Source: Candidatus Scatocola faecigallinarum
GTDB taxonomy: Bacteria > Pseudomonadota > Alphaproteobacteria > RF32 > CAG-239
DNA: 64,000 nucleotides
Assembly (NCBI GenBank): GCA_018713605.1
Contig: DVOM01000018.1
Coordinates: forward strand, 6,557 to 70,556
Reading direction: 5' to 3'
Part shown: positions 10,083-18,688 of the stretch, in pieces
How positions within the stretch are numbered: position 1 is the stretch's first letter
Layout: every line of letters begins with the position of its first letter
Notes under the pieces: model-generated
Databases searched by the model: none
The model's input: the letters and a program-made list of their open reading frames with translations, nothing else
Told to the model about the DNA's origin: nothing
Translations under genes and position numbers: made by a program

Positions 10083-11628
10083 TGTCTTTCAGCATTGTCA
10101 ACGGTTCTTCGCGGAGCTTGTCTTTTTCGAACTTTTCCATGTAAACGCGGAGCGTGGCGCCGCTGGTGCCGGTTCCCGAGAGACGGTAAACGATGCGCGA
10201 ACCGTCGGCGAATTTGACGACCAGACCGTTTTTGGTCGAAGAACCGTCAACCGGGTCGTTGTAAACAAACGGGGCGGCTTCGCTGACTTCAAAGCTGCCG
10301 AACTTTTTGCCGTTCAGTTCCGGGAGCCTGTTTTCCAAATCGGCCATCAGTTTGTCGGCAACGTCTTTGTCTATGCCTTCAAAGTCGAAACGGATATAAT
10401 AGCTGCGGCCGTATTTTTTCCAATGGTCGACGGTAATTTCCTCAACCGATTTGCCTGTAGCGGCAATAATGCTCAGCCAGAACAGAATGGCCCAAATGCC
10501 GTCTTTTTCGCGGATATGGCTGGAACCGGTACCAAAGCTTTCTTCGCCGCAGAAGGTAATGCGGTTGGAATCCATCAGGTTGACAAAGTATTTCCAGCCG
10601 GTCGGAACCTCGTAGCAGTCCATGCCCAGCGCTTTGGCCGTGCGGCAGACGGCCGTAGACGTCGCGGCAGATTTGGCCACGCCGTAAATGCCGTTTCTGT
10701 AAGCCGGAATCAGTTTGTAGTTATCGGTAATAATCGACAGGCTGTCGGAAGGCGAGACGAAAAATTTTCTGCCCAGAATCATGTTGCGGTCGCCGTCGCC
10801 GTCATTGGCCGAACCGAAGTCGGGTGCGCCGTCGCCGTACATGATACCGATGAGTTCCTTGGCATAAACCATGTTCGGATCCGGGTGCAGGCCGCCGAAA
10901 TCCGGTTTGGGAACCGCATTGATGACCGATCCCGGCGCGGCGCCGAGGATTTCTTCAAAAATGCGCTTTCCATAAGGGCCGGTAACGGCGTTCATGGCGT
11001 CGAACTTCATGGTAAAGCCGGATTTGAAAAGCTTTTTCAGCGCTTCGAAGTCGAAAATCCCTTCGAGCATTTCGACATAGTCCTTAATCGGATCGATGAC
11101 TTCAATCGTCATGTTCTCCAGTTTCTGAACGCCGATTTTGCCAAGGTCGACGTCGGGCGCTTCGAGAATCTTGTATTCGTTGATGGTTTGAGAGTTTCTG
11201 TAGATGGCATCGGTAATCGATGTCGGAACCTGACCGCCGGTTTCGTCGGAATACTTCACGCCGAAATCGTTGTCGATGCCGCCCGGGTTGTGGGAAGCGG
11301 AGAAGATAAAGGCGCCGTTGGTTTTGTTCTTGAGCAGAACGTTGGAACCGGCCGGCGTTGACATGAAACCGTTCTGGCCGATGATGAGTTTGGCTACGCC
11401 GTTGGCCGCGGCCATTTTGATAAATTTCTGAATGGCAACGTCGTTGTAATAACGGCCGTCGCCGCCTACTACATAGGTTTTGCCTTCTACGCCGCCGATG
11501 GTATTGAAAACGGTTTGAATGAAGTTTTCAAAATAGTTGGGCTGCATCATGACCTTGGTTTTTTTGCGCAGGCCGCCGGTACCCATTTTCTGGTCGGTGT
11601 AGGGGGTAGTAGCAACTGTTTTTATCAT
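10009..11628 (-). CDS. pgm: Phosphoglucomutase (alpha-D-glucose phosphate-specific)
   Basis: Active-site loop FIFSASHNPGG, metal loop GSANDGDGDRNMI, 539 aa. Confidence 0.92.
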   Translation of the reverse strand: MIKTVATTPYTDQKMGTGGLRKKTKVMMQPNYFENFIQTVFNTIGGVEGKTYVVGGDGRYYNDVAIQKFIKMAAANGVAKLIIGQNGFMSTPAGSNVLLKNKTNGAFIFSASHNPGGIDNDFGVKYSDETGGQVPTSITDAIYRNSQTINEYKILEAPDVDLGKIGVQKLENMTIEVIDPIKDYVEMLEGIFDFEALKKLFKSGFTMKFDAMNAVTGPYGKRIFEEILGAAPGSVINAVPKPDFGGLHPDPNMVYAKELIGIMYGDGAPDFGSANDGDGDRNMILGRKFFVSPSDSLSIITDNYKLIPAYRNGIYGVAKSAATSTAVCRTAKALGMDCYEVPTGWKYFVNLMDSNRITFCGEESFGTGSSHIREKDGIWAILFWLSIIAATGKSVEEITVDHWKKYGRSYYIRFDFEGIDKDVADKLMADLENRLPELNGKKFGSFEVSEAAPFVYNDPVDGSSTKNGLVVKFADGSRIVYRLSGTGTSGATLRVYMEKFEKDKLREEPLTMLKDIAKIAADIAEIEPRTGKQQPDVIT

Positions 11629-11718
11629 ACTCTCTCCTTTTAATACGTTTAATAATTTTATGTCAGGAGTTTATCACTATAAGGATTAAACTCAAGTCTA
11701 AACATAGTTATCAAATGT

Positions 11719-12243
11719 TTATTTTCGAGAGAGCGCGGCGCGGAGTTCGTCGATGAGTTCGGGCAGGTAGGGAAGGTCGGGGGTTTGGGTCGAAAAGTCG
11801 GACAACAGTTTCAGACGTTCGGCAATTTGCGGGCTGTCGTCATCGATGCCCGCGGGCAGGCCGAGCAGGCGAAGGGCTTCGCCGCGGGTATAGGGGCGGT
11901 TGAGGCGCCGGTCGTTTTCCTGCTGCCGGTTCAGCCGGCGGCGCAGGTCGTTAACGATAAAAGGCGAAACCGGCGTGACAAGATTTTTGCGCAGTGCTTT
12001 GTAATATGCCAGAAAAAACAAAATGGCGGCGATTGCGGCCAGGGGCCAGATTTTGTGATGAGAATGGAACACGAGGGCGGCAAAGCCGAAGTAAAAGGCA
12101 AATCCCCAGAGCAGATTACTGTCGGCTTGCGACGGAATAAAAAAGTTGCGCTGCCGGACGCTTCCGGCGGCAAAACGGTTGAGAAAGCGCCCGAGGACGT
12201 AACCGCAGGCAACGACAAACATCAGCAGGCTGAGTTCTTTCAT
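11719..12243 (-). CDS. Hypothetical membrane protein
   Basis: 174-aa ORF with three hydrophobic helices and a charged C-terminal domain. Tightly spaced after mipZ (9-nt gap). I recognise no family. Confidence 0.55.
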   Translation of the reverse strand: MKELSLLMFVVACGYVLGRFLNRFAAGSVRQRNFFIPSQADSNLLWGFAFYFGFAALVFHSHHKIWPLAAIAAILFFLAYYKALRKNLVTPVSPFIVNDLRRRLNRQQENDRRLNRPYTRGEALRLLGLPAGIDDDSPQIAERLKLLSDFSTQTPDLPYLPELIDELRAALSRK

Positions 12244-12252
12244 CTTTTGTTC

Positions 12253-13059
12253 CTATTCGGGGCAGATGAATTCGGCCAAAGCGCGAATCTCGCGTTTGGC
12301 GGCAATGTGGGAAACGCTCATTTTGAAACGCAGGTCGGGGTGCTGCATGTCCAGAACCGTCAGCCCTTCAAGAAACAGTTCGCGGTAAATGACGCGGTCT
12401 TTGATAATTTCGGCCAGACGGAAACCGTAAAGTTTGGACATTTTTTCAAGATAGTTGAAAACGGTTTGTTTGTTGCGGGAGTTGTATGATGACAGCTTAT
12501 TGCCGACGACGATCCAGTTCAGGTACGGTTTGCCGAGCGAGGCCAGGTATTTTTTCACTTCCCAGATGTAGTTGGCGTAATGACCGGGCTGGCCGATTTT
12601 TTCGTTTTCGAAGTCGATGTCGGCCAGAACGTTTAAGTCAATCAGACTGTCGGAAATCGGCGTAATCAGCGTGTCGGCGAAGCGGTGCGCTTCTTCAAAA
12701 AGATAGTTTTTGGTGCCGGGGGTGTCGATGATGACCGCGTCGTAATTGTCGAGCAGTTTGGAGATCTGCATGCGGATATTGGCGCGATCGGCCGGAATCA
12801 GGCCGTAATCTTCCTGCGGCGAGAATTTGTAATGAACGGGTATCGGCAGTGAGATTTTATGCCGGGCGCAGAAAGTTTCGCGGTTTTCGAGATATTTGGA
12901 GAGCGTTCCCTGACGGCCGTCCATGTCGACCGTGGCGACCGAAAAACCTTCCTGCATCAGTTTGATGGCCAGATGCATGGAAATGGTGGATTTGCCGGTG
13001 CCGCCTTTTTCGTTGCTGATAACAATAACGTGGGCTTTTTTCTGAATCGGGTCGTTCAT
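12253..13059 (-). CDS. mipZ: Division-plane positioning ParA-like ATPase MipZ
   Basis: Deviant Walker A SNEKGGTGKST, followed by VDMDGRQGTLSKYLENR and KDRVIYRELFLEGLTVLD. These closely parallel Caulobacter MipZ (NEKGGAGKST, DLDLRQRT, RDRVIYRELFPFGLT) as I remember it. Confidence 0.85.
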   Translation of the reverse strand: MNDPIQKKAHVIVISNEKGGTGKSTISMHLAIKLMQEGFSVATVDMDGRQGTLSKYLENRETFCARHKISLPIPVHYKFSPQEDYGLIPADRANIRMQISKLLDNYDAVIIDTPGTKNYLFEEAHRFADTLITPISDSLIDLNVLADIDFENEKIGQPGHYANYIWEVKKYLASLGKPYLNWIVVGNKLSSYNSRNKQTVFNYLEKMSKLYGFRLAEIIKDRVIYRELFLEGLTVLDMQHPDLRFKMSVSHIAAKREIRALAEFICPE

Positions 13060-13062
13060 GGT

Positions 13063-14286
13063 TTAATACTGCTGCTGATAACGGTTATGCGCCAAAATGA
13101 GCTGTTTGTTTTCCTGTTGTGCGACCACTATACAGGATTTGTTTGATTTTTTCAAACTTTTACAGGCGGCGTCGGCTTCGTTCTTTGCAAAGCCGGTAAT
13201 TTTGGAGCGGTAGATGATGGCCGCGCCTGTGGATACGGGTTCGATATCAATCGGTTTGTCAGCCAGTTTGCGCGACGCTTTCTTTTTTATCTCAAGCGCA
13301 TAGTTGCGCGCTTTGGTGTAATTTGAAAAAGCGCCGACCTGAATGTCCCAGAGCTTGGCATCTGCTGCGGTTCCTTCCAGCGAAGCAAGTTTTTGTTCCG
13401 GTTCGGAGCCGATGTTTTTTTCTTCCAGTTCGGCATACATGCTGGACGTGTTGACTTTATCGTTTAGGGCCAGTTTGCTCAGCCCTTTGTTCATCATCTG
13501 GGCGACTTTTCTGTCGCGCTCGCGGGCGGTGTTGTGGCCCATGGTTACGGCAATGACGCGGTGACCGTCGCGTTCTGCCGAAGTGATAATGTTGTAGCCG
13601 GAAGCGTTGGTAAATCCGGTTTTCAGACCGTCGGCGCCTTCAAAGTTTTTGAGAATGTGGTTATGCGTGTATATGGTTCGGCCGTCGTAGGTAAATTTTT
13701 TGGCGGAAAACCATTTGTAATACTGCGGAAAATGGTGGTACATGGCGGCGGCCAGCAAGGCCATGTCGCGCGCGGTGGTTTTCTGCTGTTTGTTGGGCAG
13801 GCCGGAGGCGTTTTTGAAAGTGGTGTTTTTCATACCGAGTTCGCGGGAAACGCGGGTCATCGATTTGGCGAAATTTTCTTCGCTGTAACCGAGGCCTTCA
13901 GCCAAAACCGTAGCGCAGTCGTTGGCAGATTTGACAATGACGGCCATGATGCAGGTTTTAACGTCAATGCTTGAACCGGCGCGGAGGCCGAGCTTGGACG
14001 GCGAACGGTTGGCCGCATGCCGGGAAACGGGAAGTTTGTCGTCAAGTTTGATTATGCCTTTTTCCAAGGCGTCGAAAGTGATGTAAAGCGTCATGACTTT
14101 GGTCAGAGAGGCGGGATAGCGCAACGTGTCGGCCGCGGAAGAGGACAAAACCTCGCCGGACGCGGCGTCGATGGTAATTGAAGAAACGGAGGCTCCGGCT
14201 TCGGAAGCAGAATATGCGGCAAAACCGAGCATGAGCAAAGCATACCCGAAAACGCGCCGTAATTGCCTGTGAAAACTGCTTTTCAT
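13063..14286 (-). CDS. D-alanyl-D-alanine carboxypeptidase (S11 PBP) with C-terminal SPOR domain
   Basis: Signal peptide; SxxK (ASLTKVM), SxN (KSANDCA) and KTG (LKTGFT) motifs. The C-terminal WDIQVGAFSNYTKARNYALEIKKK...IIYRSKITGF is SPOR-like. Confidence 0.85.
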   Translation of the reverse strand: MKSSFHRQLRRVFGYALLMLGFAAYSASEAGASVSSITIDAASGEVLSSSAADTLRYPASLTKVMTLYITFDALEKGIIKLDDKLPVSRHAANRSPSKLGLRAGSSIDVKTCIMAVIVKSANDCATVLAEGLGYSEENFAKSMTRVSRELGMKNTTFKNASGLPNKQQKTTARDMALLAAAMYHHFPQYYKWFSAKKFTYDGRTIYTHNHILKNFEGADGLKTGFTNASGYNIITSAERDGHRVIAVTMGHNTARERDRKVAQMMNKGLSKLALNDKVNTSSMYAELEEKNIGSEPEQKLASLEGTAADAKLWDIQVGAFSNYTKARNYALEIKKKASRKLADKPIDIEPVSTGAAIIYRSKITGFAKNEADAACKSLKKSNKSCIVVAQQENKQLILAHNRYQQQY

Positions 14287-14452
14287 CTTTTTTCTTTCTC
14301 TTTTTCTGGAGTTATTTGTACTAATTTTATAAAGAAAAAGAAAATAAATTATTAATTTTTGCCGTTGATAATTAGTTTTAGAATAAATAATTTTTTTGCG
14401 CTTTTTGTCTTGACTTTAAGGAAGATTGTTTGTAAAAACGCATAAGTCCGAT

Positions 14453-14529
14453 GGCGAACTTAGCTCAGTTGGTAGAGCCCCGGTTTGTGGTACCGGTTGT
14501 CGTGGGTTCGAGTCCCATAGTTCGCCCCA
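14453..14529 (+). tRNA. tRNA-His (anticodon GTG) with encoded G-1 and CCA
   Basis: Hand-folded. G-1 pairs with C73. Acceptor GCGAACT/AGTTCGC, D arm GCTC-AGTTGGTA-GAGC, anticodon arm CCGGT-TTGTGGT-ACCGG, T arm GTGGG-TTCGAGT-CCCAT, then C-CCA. Confidence 0.95.
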
Positions 14530-14538
14530 GATAAAAAA

Positions 14539-14565
14539 AGCACCTGTTAAAAGGTGCTTTTTTTG
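14539..14565. terminator. Bidirectional intrinsic terminator after tRNA-His
   Basis: AGCACCT-gttaaa-AGGTGCT stem, flanked by an A-run upstream and TTTTTTT downstream. Confidence 0.8.
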
Positions 14566-14600
14566 TGCGAAGCGCGTAATGTTTGTTTAACTGCTCTTAA

Positions 14601-15308
14601 TCATGTCAACCATAGAATGAATAAAGAGAGCAGTATGGCAGAGATAATTATGCCAAGAAATGTTAAAACTGTTATCCATTCTTTCCAAAATGGAAGCACA
14701 GTAAATGCTACGCGGATGTCACCATAGGGTTGTTCTGTGGAGCCTCTCATAGTTTGGCCTGAAGCTAAGTCGAAATAATAAGCCGTATAACTGTCCGGTT
14801 CCTTGGAGCACAAAATCATTCCACTGTAGGACGAGGCGTGCCAATAGCCATTTTCTCTCAGAACATTAGCAGTTGCATCAAATTTTGCTTTTTCTTCAGT
14901 GCCCCAATATTTTTCCAAGACATTTTTAGACGGCAGATATACTCGTCTGTTACGGAAACGCATCTTTGAGATAGTCCATATAATATCACTTTTCTTCTGA
15001 TACACGTGCTCATCGCGTAGAGAAATCATTACGCCGGACAACAGCTGAATTCCCCATACGTCGTCCTTGTAGTTCAGATCCAATCCCTTTGCAATGTCGA
15101 GTTTTGTTCCGCGGCGATATACTATGGGAAGTTCCGTTGGTATCAGATTGGTAACATTCTTGTTGGGCGTGTTAACTTTGTTTGCAACATTTTTACCCCG
15201 GTTGTTAACCCAGTCTATCAGTTCTTTGTCACTGATGTTCAGTTCCGAAAGAACTTTTTCCAGTTTTTCAAATTTTTCCATAATAAGATATTTTAACGTA
15301 ATAAACAA
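14601..15308 (-). CDS. Hypothetical tail-anchored protein, visibly AT-rich orphan
   Basis: Long ORF (probable start ATG 15281, MEKFEKLEK) with a C-terminal TM helix VLTFLGIIISAILLSLFILWL. Its composition is clearly more AT-rich than its neighbours. There is a loose resemblance to DUF1566/Lcl-like domains (YLPSKNVLEKYW, GYWHASSYS) only. Confidence 0.6.
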   Translation of the reverse strand: MFITLKYLIMEKFEKLEKVLSELNISDKELIDWVNNRGKNVANKVNTPNKNVTNLIPTELPIVYRRGTKLDIAKGLDLNYKDDVWGIQLLSGVMISLRDEHVYQKKSDIIWTISKMRFRNRRVYLPSKNVLEKYWGTEEKAKFDATANVLRENGYWHASSYSGMILCSKEPDSYTAYYFDLASGQTMRGSTEQPYGDIRVAFTVLPFWKEWITVLTFLGIIISAILLSLFILWLT

Positions 15309-15402
15309 TTTTATAAATAAGTTCTTTATTCATAGCATTAAATTGACGAAAAGTCAATTTTTTTTGTCAATTAAGGCCGGCGATTTCATTGTCATAAGGC
15401 GG

Positions 15403-15435
15403 TTGACAATATGAAAAAGGCATGTTATCTATAAT
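15403..15435 (+). promoter_or_regulatory. Sigma70-like promoter of the HMA/P-type ATPase operon, followed by tandem TGAACAAT boxes
   Basis: TTGACA (15403-15408), 17-nt spacer, TATCTA overlapping TATAAT (15430-15435). Immediately downstream lies ATATGAACAATTGAACAATTAT, which resembles ArsR/SmtB half-sites. Confidence 0.5.
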
Positions 15436-15486
15436 ATATGAACAATTGAACAATTATTTAATTATTGATGGGATTGGAGGAAAGAA

Positions 15487-15705
15487 GTGAAGAAGACTTT
15501 TGTATTGGACGATTTGGACTGCGCCAACTGCGCGGCAAAAATAGAGAACGCTGTTCGGGAAATTGAAGGCGTGATTTCGGCTTCGGTTTCCTTTATGAGC
15601 GGAAAGCTGGTCTTGGAAGCGGAAGAAGAACGTTTTGAAGAAATTCTTAATGCTGCGGAGAAACTGATTGCCAAAGTCGACAGCGACGTTACTCTGGTTC
15701 GATAG
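15487..15705 (+). CDS. Stand-alone heavy-metal-associated (HMA) domain protein / metallochaperone
   Basis: GTG start 6 nt after GGAGG. CxxC metal site in LDCANCAAKIENAVREIEGV. 72 aa. It ends 15 nt before the ATPase ATG. Confidence 0.85.
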   Translation: MKKTFVLDDLDCANCAAKIENAVREIEGVISASVSFMSGKLVLEAEEERFEEILNAAEKLIAKVDSDVTLVR

Positions 15706-15714
15706 TCAGGAGGT

Positions 15715-17562
15715 TTGGGCATGAAGCAGAAAAGACAGCTTTATAAAATTATCGCCGCTGCCGTTTTGTTTGCGGTGGCTTTTATGCTGCCGGTTTCCGG
15801 TTACTGGCGTCTGGCTGTCTGGTCTGCCGCATATCTCATTGTCGGGCTGCCGATTGTGCGCAAGGCATTCAGAAATATCGGCCATGGACAGGTTTTTGAC
15901 GAGAATTTTCTGATGACGGCGGCAACGGCCGGCGCTTTTGCTTTGGGAGAATATTCCGAAGGCGTGGCGGTAATGCTGTTTTATCAAATCGGCGAACTGT
16001 TTCAGTCCTATGCTGTCAACAAGTCGCGCAAGTCAATTGCGGCGTTGATGGACATTCGTCCCGACTACGCCAATATCGAAAGGGACGGCAAGGTTGTCAG
16101 GGTAAGTCCCGAGGATGTGCGTCCGGGCGAAGACATTATCGTGACTGCCGGAGAAAAAATTCCGCTGGACGGCCGGATCGTCGAGGGTTATTCGTTGATT
16201 GACACGGCGGCGATTACCGGCGAATCGGTGCCTCGGGAAGCGGCCGTCGGCGACGAGGTTATCAGCGGCTGCATTAATTTGAACGGCCGGCTGAAAATAA
16301 AGGTTACCCGTGATTTTGGCCAATCGACGGTGGCTAAGATTTTGGATTTGGTTGAAAATGCCAGTTCCCAAAAGGCTTCTGTTGAGAACTTTATTACCCG
16401 TTTTGCACGCTATTATACGCCGGCGGTGGTCTTTCTGGCTTTGGCTATTGCGGTTTTGCCGCCGTTGCTGGTTGATGGCGCGGCTTTCAGCGACTGGCTG
16501 TATCGGGCGCTGACTTTTCTGGTCATATCATGTCCGTGCGCGTTGGTTATTTCCGTTCCGCTGGGTTTTTTCGGCGGTATCGGCGCCGCTTCGCGCAACG
16601 GAATTCTGGTTAAGGGGAGCAATTATCTTGAGGCTTTGGCGGCAACCGAAATTGCGGTTTTTGACAAGACCGGCACCCTGACAAAAGGCTGCTTTGAGGT
16701 CAGCCGGGTGCAGGGCGAGGGCATTGACGATGACACGTTGCTGGAAACGGCTGCGTTTGCCGGCGGCAATTCAACGCATCCGGTTTCACAGTCAATCCGC
16801 AAGGCATACGGTAAGGAAATTGACCTGAGGCGGGTGGCTGATTTTGAAGAACTGCCGGGTCGCGGTATTAAGGCCACAATCGGCGGTAAGACGGTTTTGC
16901 TCGGCAATAAAAAGCTTTTGGACGAGTATGGGATAAAATTTAATCCCGTAAACGGAGCCGGAACGGTTGTCTATATTGCGGCAGGGGGAATTTTCAGAGG
17001 CTTTATCCTGATTGCGGACGAGATAAAGCCCGATGCGCCGGCAGCGATTGCGGCTTTGAAAAAAGCGGGTATCAGGGAGACGGTCATGTTGACCGGCGAC
17101 AATGCCGCGGTTGCGGAAAATGTTGCGCAAACACTGGGTTTGGATAAGTTTTTTGCCAATTTGCTGCCGGCACAGAAGGTCGAAAAGGTTGAGGCGCTGA
17201 TGAAAGACAAAAGCGATGGCGGAAAACTTATTTTTGCCGGCGACGGTATTAATGATGCGCCGGTGCTGGCTCTGGCCGATATTGGTATTGCCATGGGCGG
17301 CGTTGGTTCTGACGCGGCGGTTGAGGCGGCGGACATTGTGATTATGACTGACGAACCGTCTAAAATTGCGCAGGCGATTAAAATTTCACAACGAACTTTG
17401 CGAATCGTGCGGCAGAATATTGTTTTTGCGTTGGGTGTCAAGTTTTGGGTTCTGTTGATGGGTGCCGAAGGACTGGCTACCATGTGGGACGCTGTTTTTG
17501 CCGATGTCGGTGTGTCGGTTATTGCCATTATCAATTCCATGCGTGCGTTAAAGTCTGTCTAA
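15715..17562 (+). CDS. Heavy-metal (Cd/Zn/Co-type) translocating P1B-type ATPase
   Basis: CPC transport motif SCPCALVIS, phosphorylation site DKTGTLT, hinge GDGINDAP. The likely true start is ATG 15721, after CAGGAGG. There is no fused N-terminal HMA domain; that domain is encoded separately upstream. Confidence 0.9.
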   Translation: MGMKQKRQLYKIIAAAVLFAVAFMLPVSGYWRLAVWSAAYLIVGLPIVRKAFRNIGHGQVFDENFLMTAATAGAFALGEYSEGVAVMLFYQIGELFQSYAVNKSRKSIAALMDIRPDYANIERDGKVVRVSPEDVRPGEDIIVTAGEKIPLDGRIVEGYSLIDTAAITGESVPREAAVGDEVISGCINLNGRLKIKVTRDFGQSTVAKILDLVENASSQKASVENFITRFARYYTPAVVFLALAIAVLPPLLVDGAAFSDWLYRALTFLVISCPCALVISVPLGFFGGIGAASRNGILVKGSNYLEALAATEIAVFDKTGTLTKGCFEVSRVQGEGIDDDTLLETAAFAGGNSTHPVSQSIRKAYGKEIDLRRVADFEELPGRGIKATIGGKTVLLGNKKLLDEYGIKFNPVNGAGTVVYIAAGGIFRGFILIADEIKPDAPAAIAALKKAGIRETVMLTGDNAAVAENVAQTLGLDKFFANLLPAQKVEKVEALMKDKSDGGKLIFAGDGINDAPVLALADIGIAMGGVGSDAAVEAADIVIMTDEPSKIAQAIKISQRTLRIVRQNIVFALGVKFWVLLMGAEGLATMWDAVFADVGVSVIAIINSMRALKSV

Positions 17563-17731
17563 CGGTTTTCTAAAGCGATTCGGTGCAGTCTCGAAAAATT
17601 CATGTACCTTGTTGTACACTGGAATTTTTCTCGCTTTCCGAATCACTTTATAAATTCCGCTATCCGGACTTTAAGAGGGAAGAAAACGGTTTTCTAAAGC
17701 AATTTGGTGCAGTCTCGCAAAATTTACATGT
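17561..17731 (+). repeat. Two copies of a roughly 45-nt direct repeat with a 124-nt period in the cadA/arsR convergent spacer
   Basis: Copy 1 (17561-17605) is AACGGTTTTCTAAAGCGATTCGGTGCAGTCTCGAAAAATTCATGT. Copy 2 (17685-17731) is AACGGTTTTCTAAAGCAATTTGGTGCAGTCTCGCAAAATTTACATGT. Copy 1 begins inside the ATPase stop codon. Confidence 0.85.
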
Positions 17732-17767
17732 CGCAAGGCATACTGTATCAGCGGTTTTTCTTAAATT

Positions 17768-18160
17768 TTATAATTTGTTTTGCGGACAGCTCATTTCGAA
17801 AACGTCGTCAATCATTTTATGGATGAGTCGGGCGGTGCGGGTGTCCGCGAGTTTGTAATAAACTTCCTTGCCGGCGCGTCTGTTAACAATGAGACCGGTC
17901 TGGCGCAGAATGCGCAGATGATGGGAAACGGCGGAAGTACTCATGCCGACGGCAACCGCGACGTTCAGGACGCAGGCTTCGCAGTGAGCCAGCAGCCACA
18001 GAATACGCAGGCGCGTCGGGTCGCACAGCTGCTGAAAGATGTCGGAGGCTTTGTAAAAAGCTTCTTCGTCCGGCATATGTTCCAAGAGCTGTTCCAGATT
18101 TCCGCCATGGTCATGAAACTGTTCGCCAACGGTACGGATATGCGGTTTGTTTTCCGGCAT
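17768..18160 (-). CDS. ArsR/SmtB-family metalloregulatory repressor
   Basis: Winged-helix core DPTRLRILWLLAHCEACVLNVAVAVGMSTSAVSHHLRILRQTGLIVNRRAGKEVYYKL. Confidence 0.88.
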   Translation of the reverse strand: MPENKPHIRTVGEQFHDHGGNLEQLLEHMPDEEAFYKASDIFQQLCDPTRLRILWLLAHCEACVLNVAVAVGMSTSAVSHHLRILRQTGLIVNRRAGKEVYYKLADTRTARLIHKMIDDVFEMSCPQNKL

Positions 18161-18238
18161 AGTGCCTTCTTTCGTGTCAAAAAGATAATCAAAAAGCTAA
18201 ACAGCAAGATATAAGATATTGCTTTGCTTGTCAATAAT

Positions 18239-18688
18239 TCAACGTGTTGCAGCGACCGCGTGGTCATAAAAGATTTTGAGAAATGCCGCAAGGCTTTCGG
18301 TTTCGATGACCGGGCGCAGGTTGATACGGTCGGTAACCGAATAAACGTTTTCGGCGCCGTCGTAAAGCAGGATGTTTTCCGATATGCGGCCGATAACCAG
18401 TTTGCGGATGAAATAGTCATAATTGAGATAATATTCGTTAACGGTTATAAGGTTCGGAAAAGTGTAGTTCCTTTCTTCACGGTAATGAGGGATTGAGCCG
18501 TAAAATTCGATGCCGTTGAAGATGAGGCCGTCGTTTAGTTTGAGAAAATTCCGATATTCGCCGGGAATGGCGGAAAAATTTCTGGCCGTAAGCTCGGCGT
18601 CAATCTTGGTCAGATTGGCGTCAACGGCCGGTTCGAAGACGACGCTGCCGGGCAATTGGCGGAAGTGGTTCAGATAACGGCTAATCAT
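18239..18688 (-). CDS. SUKH-superfamily (SMI1/KNR4-like) immunity-type protein
   Basis: Start trimmed to ATG 18688 (MISRYLNHF), which lies inside the last codons TATTATGATTAG of the upstream ORF. Pattern LTKIDAELTARNFSAIPGEYRNFLKLNDGLIFNGIEFYG...LVIGRISENILLYDGAENVYSV matches the SMI1/KNR4 layout from memory. Confidence 0.65.
   Translation of the reverse strand: MISRYLNHFRQLPGSVVFEPAVDANLTKIDAELTARNFSAIPGEYRNFLKLNDGLIFNGIEFYGSIPHYREERNYTFPNLITVNEYYLNYDYFIRKLVIGRISENILLYDGAENVYSVTDRINLRPVIETESLAAFLKIFYDHAVAATR

Noticed and set aside
14530-15486. Integrase gene or att direct repeat marking a tRNA-His island
   Set aside because: No tyrosine or serine recombinase-like ORF occurs anywhere in 14.5-26.4 kb. 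I could not spot a copy of the tRNA-His 3' end (GGTTCGAGTCCCATAGTTCGCC) by eye. The island idea is kept only as a low-confidence finding.
17561-17731. CRISPR-like array
   Set aside because: There are only two copies, they are imperfect, the period is 124 nt, and there are no cas genes in the window. This is a duplication relic, not a CRISPR array.
17583-17858. 91-aa ORF in the cadA/arsR spacer
   Set aside because: It starts in repeat DNA, runs antisense into the arsR coding region, and has no RBS and no recognisable sequence.
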